From Parcubacteria group bacterium (GTDB lineage Bacteria > Patescibacteriota > Minisyncoccia > Phycocordibacterales > UBA2135): a stretch of DNA of 37,665 nt. The position numbers and the translations under genes were made by a program. The stretch's first letter is position 1. Each line of letters starts with the position of its first letter. Under the pieces are notes generated by a model, which made no database searches, had not been told where the DNA came from, and saw nothing but the letters and a program-made list of their open reading frames with translations. The stretch spans positions 230,927 through 268,591 of the forward strand of contig JACQLQ010000004.1 in the NCBI GenBank assembly GCA_016204045.1. Reading direction: 5' to 3'. Of this stretch, positions 1 through 8,284 are shown in pieces.

Positions 1-1014
1 CCTGTCGGTGAGCGCGCGGTTCACAGCTTCCCCAATCTCTCTCCTGTCATTAGCAACATCAATAACGTTTTCCGGCCTCATGCGTCCCTGTTGGCGGTTG
101 CCGATGTTCACGACAGGAATACGAAATGTGGCGGCTTCGTGAATACCAGTCGAGGAGTTCCCGACAAGCACTCCAGCGCGTTTTAAAACGTTTGCAAAAA
201 CTTCATAAGAAAGCGTGCGGACACGGTGAATTGGTGTCCCTTCGATTGCCTGCACAATCGAGCGCCCGCCCGCATCGTTGTTTGGATACAGCAGGAGGGC
301 CGGTACATCAAGCTCTTTCAGGGCTTGAATCGTTTCTTCAATCTGGCCTGAAACCTCTCCAGCTTCTGTGGTTACTGTGTGCTGAATAATTAAGATGAAG
401 GGCTTGCTTGTGTCAAAACCACCAAGCTCTTGCTTAAGTTGATCTGACGCTATGTCGCGCGCAGAGAGGAGCGCATCAATAGAAGGACACCCGACAGGAA
501 ACACGTACTGCGGATCCTCGCCCATGCGAACAAGGCGATCCGCCGCATCTTTGTTGGCCGGAAAATGAAAGTGGGCAAATTTTGAAATCGCATGCCGCAG
601 ACTCTCATCGATGGAGCCAGAGACCTCTCCCCCCTGTACATGTCCCACGGGAATATTCATATGCGCGGCGGCAACTGCAACTCCAAAGTTTGCGCCGATG
701 TCAAACCCTGCGAGGACCATATCAGGCTTCAAGCGTTCGAGCTCCTCTGCAATGCGTTCCATGAATCGGGCAGTCGCCTGTACCATGTGGCGCCCTGTGT
801 CACCATGATCGTCTGCGAACATCGGGATCACCGAATCAATACGGAGTCCGTCCTTCTTTATGAGGTCAATTGACCTGCCATACTCTTCCAAAAGATGGAT
901 CCCGGTTACAATCAAATAATAATCCAAGTCTGGATCCTGGATTATCTTGTCTATAATGGGCTTAAACCTCGAGTAATCCGCCCGGCGTTCGGTCACAAAA
1001 AGGATTTTCCTCAT
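1..1014 (-). CDS. neuC: UDP-N-acetylglucosamine 2-epimerase, UDP-hydrolysing (NeuC type); C-terminus cut by window edge; not in supplied ORF track
   Basis: Hand translation of the minus strand from ATG 1014..1012 gives 338 uninterrupted codons down to position 1. The sequence reads MRKILFVTERRADYSRFKPIIDKIIQDPDLDYYLIVTGIHLLEEYGRSIDLIKKDGLRIDSV...MNIPVGHVQGGEVSGSIDESLRHAISKFAHFHFPAN...LVGNSSTGIHEAATFRIPVVNIGNRQQGR. The RADY, H-x-x-GGE, DE-x-x-RH-x-x-x-K-x-x-H-x-HF and GNSS segments are typical of NeuC/Epimerase_2. It is missing from the track because there is no stop codon inside the window. Confidence 0.85.
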   Translation of the reverse strand, partial: MRKILFVTERRADYSRFKPIIDKIIQDPDLDYYLIVTGIHLLEEYGRSIDLIKKDGLRIDSVIPMFADDHGDTGRHMVQATARFMERIAEELERLKPDMVLAGFDIGANFGVAVAAAHMNIPVGHVQGGEVSGSIDESLRHAISKFAHFHFPANKDAADRLVRMGEDPQYVFPVGCPSIDALLSARDIASDQLKQELGGFDTSKPFILIIQHTVTTEAGEVSGQIEETIQALKELDVPALLLYPNNDAGGRSIVQAIEGTPIHRVRTLSYEVFANVLKRAGVLVGNSSTGIHEAATFRIPVVNIGNRQQGRMRPENVIDVANDRREIGEAVNRALTDR

Positions 1015-1059
1015 GTCCCTTATTGTAACACCCGCGCAATATAAAAGGTTTTTGGGCCT

Positions 1060-2100
1060 CTAGAGGACATCTTTCCTTTTGATTTGGGCGTCTTTGGCTA
1101 TAGACCTCGCCGCCCTTTTCCCCAAAATCTTCGAATAATCGACTGCCTTAAGTTCGCCGGTTCCCGGACGCTTCACCCAAATATTTTTTTTGGTGAACTT
1201 CTCTCCTTTTTTGATTGGAGCAATGGAGACCACAGATGCAAACGCAAAATCAATTGTTGGCTGCTCTTCCCTTAGGGGCCCCTTGTGATCTCCGCGTGAT
1301 TCCCAGATTGCGCGGGACCCTTTGATGATTAGTGAGAGCTCTTGAGGGTCCATAGAAACCGCGATATCCTCCCCCTTCCATGCGCGGTCGGATGTAAAAT
1401 GACGTTCAAGTATTGATGCACCGAGCGCAACGGCGCCAAGTGCCGCCCATGGACCCGCCGAGTGATTGGAAAAACCGATTACAGCGTCGGGAAATGTTTT
1501 TTCCATTTTAGTGATTGCCTGCAAATACACCCGATTCCACGGTGTTGGGTACAAGTTTGTGCAGTGGAGCAATGCGAACGGAACCTTGTGCTTTTTCAAA
1601 ATGGCAACCGTCTTTTTGATCGAGGCAATATCATTCATGCCGGTCGAGACAATCATAGGTTTACCAAAGCGTGCGACATGTTCGACAAGTGGGTAGTTAT
1701 TGCATTCCCCCGAGCCGATCTTGAACGCTTTGACTCCCATTCTCTCTAGCCGGTCTGCTGCGGCCCTTGAAAACGGGGTGGAAAGAAAAATCATGCCAAG
1801 TTTTTCCGTGTACTTTTTGAGTTCCCGCTCCTGCTCCTCCGAAAGGGCGCACCGCGCCATGATTTCCCAAATGGAGATTTTCGCGTTTGCCGGTATAGTT
1901 TTGCGCGCTTCCGACTCAAGCATTTCATCTTCGAGCACATGACCTTGGAACTTCACACACTCCGCGCCCGCCTTCTTTGCGTCATGGATCATCCGCTTTG
2001 CTTTTGCCAAACTCCCGTTATGATTAATCCCAATTTCGGCAATGACAAATGGCGGGTGGTTTGAACCAATCTTTCTTTTTCCGATTTTAATTTCAGGCAT
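1060..2100 (-). CDS. neuB: N-acylneuraminate (nonulosonic acid) synthase, NeuB family with C-terminal SAF domain
   Basis: 346 aa. Contains PFVIAEIGINHNGSLAKAKRMI, CVKFQ, FKIGSGECNNYPL and STGM, plus a C-terminal IWVKRPGTGELKAVDY SAF-like segment. Lies 45 nt upstream of neuC on the same strand. Confidence 0.9.
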   Translation of the reverse strand: MPEIKIGKRKIGSNHPPFVIAEIGINHNGSLAKAKRMIHDAKKAGAECVKFQGHVLEDEMLESEARKTIPANAKISIWEIMARCALSEEQERELKKYTEKLGMIFLSTPFSRAAADRLERMGVKAFKIGSGECNNYPLVEHVARFGKPMIVSTGMNDIASIKKTVAILKKHKVPFALLHCTNLYPTPWNRVYLQAITKMEKTFPDAVIGFSNHSAGPWAALGAVALGASILERHFTSDRAWKGEDIAVSMDPQELSLIIKGSRAIWESRGDHKGPLREEQPTIDFAFASVVSIAPIKKGEKFTKKNIWVKRPGTGELKAVDYSKILGKRAARSIAKDAQIKRKDVL

Positions 2101-3061
2101 GATTTCTTTTCTTTTTTAGTATTTTTTTTAATTTTTCTACCACAAATTCGTCTGTCCTCTCTCTCGACTCGCGAGTGACCCCGCCAATATGCGGGACGAT
2201 AATGACATTCGAATGTTTCTTGGCGTATTCAAGAAGTGGGTATCCTCGCAGACGTACACCAACCTCGAATTCATCAGCGAGCACATCGGTGGCATATCCA
2301 GCCACACGTTTCCCCTTCAGGGCATGGAGGAGAGCTTTTTCATCGACAATCCGCCCACGAGCAGTATTTACAATATATACTCCCTTCTTCATCTTTTTAA
2401 AAGCATCTGCGTTCAACATATTCTCTGTCTCTTTATTCAGGTGTGCATGCAGAGAGATAACATCGCTTGCTTTAAGCAATTCGCTCAAAGAAACCTTCTT
2501 AGAGCCTGGAACGATACTTTTCTTGGTATGCGGGTCGTAAAAGATAACATCCATTCCAAGCGATCTTCCGTACTTCGCCATCCATGTCCCCAAGCGCCCC
2601 ATCCCAATAATGCCGATAGTCTTCCCATAAAGATTGGTTCCTCGGAAAAGCTCTCGTTTCCATTTGTACTCCTTAACCGAGCCAAAAGCCCAAGGCAAAA
2701 AGCGCACAATCGAAATCATAAGGCCTAGCGCAAGTTCCGCCGTGCCTGTAATCGTATTCAAAAACTTCGTTTCCCCCCAGAGACTCACGACTGCGATTCC
2801 TTGTGACTCGGCGTATTCAACATCGATGTTCTCGAGCGTATTTGCCGGAACTACAATTATCTTGAGTCTGGAAGCTTTGTCTATCGCTTCTTTGTTCACG
2901 ATTGGTTGTATGCCGACGACGATGATGTCATATCGAGGAACAATTCTAAGGAACTCATCTTGTGTGACGTGTTTGTAGTCGACATTGCCAAGCGTGTCCA
3001 ATACTTCTTTCGCCTTTGGGGCAAACGTAGACCCCAATGTGTTGAGAATTTTATATGTCAT
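2093..3061 (-). CDS. D-isomer-specific 2-hydroxyacid dehydrogenase (glycerate/phosphoglycerate dehydrogenase-like)
   Basis: 322 aa. Has the NAD fold GKTIGIIGMGRLGTWMAKYG, NTARGRIVDEKAL, and a catalytic-His segment VPHIGGVTRES. Its stop overlaps the neuB start by 8 nt. Confidence 0.85.
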   Translation of the reverse strand: MTYKILNTLGSTFAPKAKEVLDTLGNVDYKHVTQDEFLRIVPRYDIIVVGIQPIVNKEAIDKASRLKIIVVPANTLENIDVEYAESQGIAVVSLWGETKFLNTITGTAELALGLMISIVRFLPWAFGSVKEYKWKRELFRGTNLYGKTIGIIGMGRLGTWMAKYGRSLGMDVIFYDPHTKKSIVPGSKKVSLSELLKASDVISLHAHLNKETENMLNADAFKKMKKGVYIVNTARGRIVDEKALLHALKGKRVAGYATDVLADEFEVGVRLRGYPLLEYAKKHSNVIIVPHIGGVTRESRERTDEFVVEKLKKILKKKRNHA

Positions 3062-3063
3062 GT

Positions 3064-3783
3064 CTACATCTTAAATCTCTTTAAGTATTCCTCCGCTAAT
3101 ATGAGGTCCTCTTTCTTATCAATATCAATGAAACGATCGCTCTCCAGAACATATGGGAGGATCTTGTCACCAAAAAAGTTACCTTTTTTCATAATGGTGT
3201 CGTATTTCACCAGGAAGATTGCGCCATTTTGCCAATATACTTTTTGAGTTTTCTGCCGTGGACCAGTGTGCAAAGACTGCCCTTTCACATCAATGAGTGG
3301 CGATAAATATCCGCCCTCACCAATTGTCCATGACTTGAACGGATTTTGAAAGGGTTCGATAACAGAGCGCAAAGAGTCTGCTTCTGGATCATTTTGCAAA
3401 GCCACAATAGCCCTATCAACCTCCTCTGCCGTCCTGAAGGGGCATGGTGGTTCAAGCCACACAACTATATCTGGTGTGACCCCCTCTTTATCACGAAGAA
3501 ACTCGAGTGCGTGCTTCAAGACAGGGGCGGGCAGCGTATCATCTTGCGCTAACTCCGCTGGACGTATAAAGGGAACCTCTGCGCCGTATTCCCGAGCCAC
3601 GGCGGCTATCTTCTCATCATCAGTGGTTACAATGATGCGGCTGATAAGTTTACTTCTCTTTGCCGTCTCGATTGAATAAGCAATGAGGGGCTTGCCTCCA
3701 AGGGGTATAATATTTTTCCCAGGGATTCCCTTAGATCCGCCGCGTGCCGGGATAATAGCGACGATGTTCGATTCTTTTTTCAT
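3064..3783 (-). CDS. neuA: Acylneuraminate cytidylyltransferase family (CMP-nonulosonate synthetase), copy 1
   Basis: 239 aa. N-terminus VAIIPARGGSKGIPGKNIIPLGGKPLIAYSI is the CTP_transf_3 signature. 4-nt ATGA overlap with the upstream paralogue. Confidence 0.85.
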   Translation of the reverse strand: MKKESNIVAIIPARGGSKGIPGKNIIPLGGKPLIAYSIETAKRSKLISRIIVTTDDEKIAAVAREYGAEVPFIRPAELAQDDTLPAPVLKHALEFLRDKEGVTPDIVVWLEPPCPFRTAEEVDRAIVALQNDPEADSLRSVIEPFQNPFKSWTIGEGGYLSPLIDVKGQSLHTGPRQKTQKVYWQNGAIFLVKYDTIMKKGNFFGDKILPYVLESDRFIDIDKKEDLILAEEYLKRFKM

Positions 3784-4457
3784 ACTATCTTTTTAAACAA
3801 CCGCTCTGCGACAATAAAATCTATTGGGACATCTATGTCGAGCGACGCATAACGATCCATTTCGTAAAACCCGATCGCATCTCCACGAATTCTCCCCTCT
3901 TTGATTAACGACGTTTTGGAAATATAGAGCGCGCCGTTTTCTATGACCAAGGGTTCCCTCTTGTCGCGGTTCTGAACTTTTGAGAAAACAGGAACAAGTC
4001 TGTTTCCTTCGACAATTTTATGTTGGCCGTTTCTGATAATTTCAACACTCACCAGAGAATCAAAATCACCATTCAAAAATGTTCCTACCCCCTCATCTAT
4101 ATGCTCCGTCGTCCGAAGTGGCGAGGTTGGCTGCAATAAGAGAACAGCATCTGGAGTATAGGATTCTTTTTCAAGAGAGAGAACAGCATGAGCCAATACA
4201 GGATCCATTGGGGTTGCGTCTTCGGAAAGTTCTGCCGGGCGCATAATGACCTCTGCCCCATACTTTCTCGCAACCTCCGCTATCTCCTTATCATCAGTCG
4301 AGACAGCGACACGGTCCACAAAAAGCGAAGCAAGTGCTGCCTCGATGGACCATGCAATGAGGGGCTTGCCTCCAAGAAGTTTTATGTTTTTCCTGGGAAT
4401 CCCCTTAGACCCACCGCGAGCGGGAATTACAGCGAGGATCTTCAATGACTTTGCCAT
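3780..4457 (-). CDS. Acylneuraminate cytidylyltransferase family, copy 2 (tandem paralogue)
   Basis: Contains ILAVIPARGGSKGIPRKNIKLLGGKPLIAWSI. The N-terminal halves of the two copies look more than 50% identical by eye, while the C-terminal halves diverge. I prefer the ATG at 4457 (MAKSLKILAV...) over the track start at 4475, because a perfect TATAAT (4469..4464) lies inside the extension. Confidence 0.8.
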   Translation of the reverse strand: MAKSLKILAVIPARGGSKGIPRKNIKLLGGKPLIAWSIEAALASLFVDRVAVSTDDKEIAEVARKYGAEVIMRPAELSEDATPMDPVLAHAVLSLEKESYTPDAVLLLQPTSPLRTTEHIDEGVGTFLNGDFDSLVSVEIIRNGQHKIVEGNRLVPVFSKVQNRDKREPLVIENGALYISKTSLIKEGRIRGDAIGFYEMDRYASLDIDVPIDFIVAERLFKKIV

Positions 4458-4469
4458 TGTCTGATTATA
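4458..4469 (-). promoter_or_regulatory. -10 box placed for a leaderless transcript of the neuA-like/neuB/neuC operon
   Basis: The minus strand reads TATAAT-CAGACA-ATG. The perfect -10 hexamer ends 6 nt before ATG 4457, and there is no SD. Confidence 0.4.
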
Positions 4470-4512
4470 ACGCATTCAGCAAAACATCGGTTACTTTGTT
4501 TTGTAAAGAAAC

Positions 4513-4541
4513 TAGACAACCCGCTAAAGAAGTTGTATAAG
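4513..4541 (+). promoter_or_regulatory. Sigma70-like promoter for the IlvD/Edd-family gene
   Basis: TAGACA(4513-4518), a 17-nt spacer, then TATAAG(4536-4541). A ~36-nt leader containing AAGAGG precedes ATG 4578. Confidence 0.4.
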
Positions 4542-4577
4542 TAGACCAGTCTGTACGTGGTTAGAAAGAGGTGTGAT

Positions 4578-6290
4578 ATGCGTTTGCGCAGTAGGAACTG
4601 GTTCGGAGCTCCAGGAGTCAACGGATTCTTGGGCAGGGGCTGGATGAAGGGCCAGGGTTGGCCCGATGATGTATTTGAGGGAAAGCCGGTCATTGGCATT
4701 TGCAACACGTGGTCGGAGCTGACTCCTTGCAACGGCCATTTCCGTGAACTCGCCGAAAAAGTAAAGATCGGCGTGTGGGAAGCGGGTGGATTCCCGCTCG
4801 AATTCCCTGTTATGTCGCTCGGCGAAACTACTATGCGCCCGACAGCAATGCTTTTCCGGAATCTTGCCGCAATGAGCGTTGAGGAGACGATCCGCGCAAA
4901 CCCAATGGATGGAGTAGTGCTCCTTATGGGATGCGACAAAACTACTCCGTCACTTCTTATGGGGGCGGCGTCAGTTAATTTGCCGACTATCGGACTTTCG
5001 GGTGGGCCTATGCTTTCCGGAAAGTTCCGCGGGAAAAACATCGGGTCTGGCACGGGTGTGTGGCAGATGTCTGAAGATGTGCGCGCTGGAAAGCTTTCGC
5101 ACCAAGATTTCAGAGCAGCGGAAGGATGCATGAATCGTTCCAAGGGCCACTGCATGACCATGGGAACGGCTTCCACTATGGCGTGTATGGTTGAAGCGCT
5201 CGGCATGTCTTTGCCGGATAACGCAGCCATCCCCGCGGTAGATGCACGACGTTACCGGCTCGCGCACCTTACGGGGCGGAGAATCGTCGAAATGGTGAAT
5301 GAGGACCTTCGTATGTCCCAAGTCCTCTCGCGTGAAGCATTTGAAAACGCCATTTGTGTGAACGCCGCGATCGGTGGCTCCACAAACGCTGTAATCCACC
5401 TCATTGCCCTTGCACGACGCATTGGCATCGAACTCACGCTTAAGGATTGGGATAATATTGGGTCACGCCTCCCCTGTCTTGTTGATCTCGAGCCATCCGG
5501 CAAGTATTTGATGGAAGACTTCTTTTATGCTGGCGGGCTTCCTGTCGTATTGCGTGAACTCGCCGAAGCTGGGGTCCTCCGCAAGAACGCAATGACCGTA
5601 ACCGGAACATCCATTGGAGACAATGCGGCACATGCTGAATGCTGGGACAGAGATGTTATTCGCACCTTTGACAAACCCTTAAAGGAAAAGTCAGGAATTG
5701 CAGTATTGTATGGCAACTTGGCACCCGATGGCGCGGTCATCAAGCCATCTGCGGCAAGCCCAGAGCTTCTGCACCACCGTGGACGCGCTGTCGTCTTCGA
5801 GACGATCGAGGACTTTAACGCAGGTATCGATGATCCAAATCTTGACGTCGATAAGACCTGCATACTTGTTCTCAAGAACTGTGGCCCCAAGGGTTATCCG
5901 GGCATGCCAGAGGTTGGTAATATGCGCCTTCCGCCGAAACTCTTGAAACAAGGCATTAGGGACATGGTCCGTATTTCTGATGCGCGCATGAGCGGTACAG
6001 CCTATGGCACTGTTGTTCTTCACATCTCGCCCGAAGCTGCCGTTGGCGGAACGCTCGCTCTCGTGGAAAACGGCGACATGATTACCCTTAATGTTCCAAA
6101 CCGCACGCTTACTCTTGAGGTGTCTGAAAAGACCTTGGCGGCACGCCGAGAAGCATGGAAAGCTCCTTCGCTTCCCGAACGCGGACATGAGCGATTGTAT
6201 GCAGAACGTGTCGAACAAGCCCACCTTGGTGCTGACTTTGACTTCTTAAAAGGTTCGAGTGGTTCGCACGTCTCTCGAGACGCGCATTAA
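4578..6290 (+). CDS. IlvD/Edd-family dehydratase, sugar-acid (aldonate: xylonate/arabinonate-like) subfamily
   Basis: The N-terminus LRSRNWFG...GKPVIGICNTWSELTPCNGH...GGFPLEFPVMSLGE, then LLMGCDKTTPSLLMGAAS, CMTMGTASTMACMVEALG and a tail ending ...SRDAH, resemble XylD/AraC-type aldonate dehydratases as I recall them. ATG 4578 is preceded by AAGAGG; the track's GTG 4557 is rejected. It is the only plus-strand gene in its neighbourhood. Confidence 0.8.
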   Translation: MRLRSRNWFGAPGVNGFLGRGWMKGQGWPDDVFEGKPVIGICNTWSELTPCNGHFRELAEKVKIGVWEAGGFPLEFPVMSLGETTMRPTAMLFRNLAAMSVEETIRANPMDGVVLLMGCDKTTPSLLMGAASVNLPTIGLSGGPMLSGKFRGKNIGSGTGVWQMSEDVRAGKLSHQDFRAAEGCMNRSKGHCMTMGTASTMACMVEALGMSLPDNAAIPAVDARRYRLAHLTGRRIVEMVNEDLRMSQVLSREAFENAICVNAAIGGSTNAVIHLIALARRIGIELTLKDWDNIGSRLPCLVDLEPSGKYLMEDFFYAGGLPVVLRELAEAGVLRKNAMTVTGTSIGDNAAHAECWDRDVIRTFDKPLKEKSGIAVLYGNLAPDGAVIKPSAASPELLHHRGRAVVFETIEDFNAGIDDPNLDVDKTCILVLKNCGPKGYPGMPEVGNMRLPPKLLKQGIRDMVRISDARMSGTAYGTVVLHISPEAAVGGTLALVENGDMITLNVPNRTLTLEVSEKTLAARREAWKAPSLPERGHERLYAERVEQAHLGADFDFLKGSSGSHVSRDAH

Positions 6291-6294
6291 CCAC

Positions 6295-6336
6295 AACTCC
6301 GTGTATTGCGATGCAACACACGGAGTTTTTATTTGT
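6295..6336. terminator. Rho-independent terminator between convergent dehydratase (+) and Zn-dehydrogenase (-) genes
   Basis: AACTCCGTGT(6295-6304) pairs perfectly with ACACGGAGTT(6318-6327). Inner TTGC/GCAA pairs extend the stem, and TTTTTATTTG follows on the plus strand. The U-tract is on the plus strand only, so it is strongest for the plus-strand gene. Confidence 0.75.
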
Positions 6337-6340
6337 GGTT

Positions 6341-7603
6341 TTAGAGATTAACCTTCCCTACAACGCTGTAAAAAGTGGTTCCCTCCATTTGCTTTTTGTA
6401 TTCTCCGCCCCCTGTTTCAACAATGTGCACCAATTCCTTATGTAGGCCGCCCTTAATTTCTTTAACAAATGATTCGTATTTTTTAAGGTGGCGTGCAAGG
6501 AATGCTACTGCGTATGGAAAATTATTCTGGGGCGAAAGCCCGTTTAAGAACCTCTTCGCCCCCAGCAAAAGTTCGGGGTGACCGGCATCAATGCCGCTTA
6601 TTCCAGTATGGGAAGTCGTACAAAATGCTCCGCCTTTAGCGAGACTTTCGTGCATGAGTTTCATAATCGTCTCCCCCGAAAGCGTATTGTGACCGGCTGC
6701 GTCAACGATAAAATCAAATAGAACACCCTCGCCAAACTGGGATTCTAGATTTTCTTTTGAGTACGGATTTTCTAGATCCTTGGGGACAAGATACCTCTTC
6801 TCTTCAGGAATGGCGAACAAATCGCCCACATTGCAGAGATTCTCTTCATCAATATCTGCTAAGTAGACTTCCAGGTTTGGTAGCAGATCATTCGCAACTG
6901 CGACATGCCATGCGCCGATTCTTCCTGCCCCGACAATAAGCATTTTGGGGTTATCAAAGCCGCGTAATTGTTTGAACGTTGTGACTCCCATGGTGTCGCA
7001 CGACGTCTTGGCGCACGCGACAGCATCTGTTTGGGAAAAGACCGCAAGTTGATTTATATTCTCAAAACGCTTTACGGGGACACTGTATATATTAGACGCG
7101 GGAGCTATAACGAACCCGTTTGTGTACGCCCCAGGAAGATGCTCCCTCCCCGTTTGCTCCCTAACCCAAGAGGCGCCCGGCGAGGAGCCAATGCCGAGGA
7201 AGGTTGCGCCCTTTCTACAATACAGCGGAGGATCGCCACGTAGACAACTGGTACATTCTCCGCACCCAACATTAATATCAACCACCACAGTATCACCCAT
7301 AGAAATGCCTCGCTCCGAGAGCTTTTGGCGGGCATCCGGATTGGCCTCGACAACTCTTCCCACGAACTCGTGGCCTGCTACTGCAGGGTTTTTAGGATCG
7401 TCGAATGAGCGAGTGCTGCCTGGGGGAAAGTCCCTACTCCCACCCGCCTGATCTGTTGGGCACAACCCCACAACAAGGGGCTCAACACGCACCCCCCAGC
7501 GACCATTTCGACTCTTGGTGCTGTACTCAAAAACATCACTCGGGGCAATGACGTCCTCGAGCTTTGCTCTTCCTGGTTTATGAAATACGATTGATTCGGC
7601 CAT
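6341..7603 (-). CDS. Zn-dependent medium-chain dehydrogenase/reductase (sorbitol/threonine dehydrogenase-like)
   Basis: Contains GLCPTD ... AGHEFVGRV (catalytic Zn), GCGECTSCLRGDPPLYC (structural Zn) and LIVGAGRIGAW (Rossmann fold). The start is set at ATG 7603 (MAESIVFHKPG), 4 nt after the upstream stop; the track extension to 7657 would overlap the upstream gene by 50 nt. At about 420 aa it is longer than typical MDRs. Confidence 0.8.
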   Translation of the reverse strand: MAESIVFHKPGRAKLEDVIAPSDVFEYSTKSRNGRWGVRVEPLVVGLCPTDQAGGSRDFPPGSTRSFDDPKNPAVAGHEFVGRVVEANPDARQKLSERGISMGDTVVVDINVGCGECTSCLRGDPPLYCRKGATFLGIGSSPGASWVREQTGREHLPGAYTNGFVIAPASNIYSVPVKRFENINQLAVFSQTDAVACAKTSCDTMGVTTFKQLRGFDNPKMLIVGAGRIGAWHVAVANDLLPNLEVYLADIDEENLCNVGDLFAIPEEKRYLVPKDLENPYSKENLESQFGEGVLFDFIVDAAGHNTLSGETIMKLMHESLAKGGAFCTTSHTGISGIDAGHPELLLGAKRFLNGLSPQNNFPYAVAFLARHLKKYESFVKEIKGGLHKELVHIVETGGGEYKKQMEGTTFYSVVGKVNL

Positions 7604-7607
7604 ATAT

Positions 7608-8264
7608 TTATGCAGCAAACTTTTTTCGGTAGAGCTGTTCCGCAATCTCAAAATCAAACGGCGTATCTATATCAAGTGCCTCTTCTTCCGTAAGCTCATA
7701 TAAGAAGGGGTTCGCACCAACTGGGTTTTTGCGTTCTACCATTAACTCCCGTGCGATGACTGGAGCACCCCAGTGCAACGCAACAATGTCAGGAAGATCC
7801 TGGCTTCTCGGGAAATGCATTGGGTCAAAGTTCAGAGGTTTATTTTCTTTATATAAGAACTGCCTTACTCGGGAAACGGGCGCGACCGAATCATGAGCAC
7901 CCTCGATGTACTTTGCAACAATCTTGCCTATGGTCTCCGTCCCTAAAAGTGGGTAGGTTACCGCGCAATATACAATAACATCACCAGGAAAATGCTCTGC
8001 CATGTCTTGAAAAACATCTGTCATAGACACGGTGTTAGTTGCGAACTTCTGGTCTCTCTTCACAAGCTCCACACGTTCATACTGTGAAGCGATCTTCAAC
8101 ATTTCGTCATCATTAGAATTGACGACGATCCCATCCAAAAGTGGCACTTTGAGGAGCTGCTGGATTTTGATATCCAACAGCGTAGCATCCGCAAATGGAC
8201 GAATATTTTTATTGGGAACTCGTGTAGACCCTGAACGAACGGGTATGAGCGCTTTGATTTTCAT
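7608..8264 (-). CDS. Cytidylyltransferase, CTP_transf_3 (NeuA/KdsB/SpsF-like) family, third copy in window
   Basis: 218 aa. Contains MKIKALIPVRSGSTRVPNKNIRPFADATLL and a C-terminal LDIDTPFDFEIAE segment, both typical of the family. Confidence 0.7.
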   Translation of the reverse strand: MKIKALIPVRSGSTRVPNKNIRPFADATLLDIKIQQLLKVPLLDGIVVNSNDDEMLKIASQYERVELVKRDQKFATNTVSMTDVFQDMAEHFPGDVIVYCAVTYPLLGTETIGKIVAKYIEGAHDSVAPVSRVRQFLYKENKPLNFDPMHFPRSQDLPDIVALHWGAPVIARELMVERKNPVGANPFLYELTEEEALDIDTPFDFEIAEQLYRKKFAA

Positions 8265-8284
8265 TGATAATATAAACCCACACC

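Noticed and set aside
126-873. Several 60-93-aa plus/minus ORFs listed in the first kilobase
   Set aside because: All lie inside the open 338-codon NeuC-like minus-strand frame (1..1014), which explains the region.
4519-4560. Short palindromes in the divergent regions (AGAC-CA-GTCT near 4543..4552; ACATGT near 30713..30718) as operator sites
   Set aside because: The arms are only 3-4 bp, which is expected by chance. No transcription-factor gene is in the window to pair them with.
4442-5230. 262-aa minus-strand ORF overlapping the start of the IlvD/Edd-family gene
   Set aside because: It is entirely antisense to a plus-strand frame with strong family motifs. Its translation is Ser/Pro/Arg-rich and motif-free, as expected for the shadow frame of a G+C-rich gene. 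It would also overlap the neuA-like gene start.
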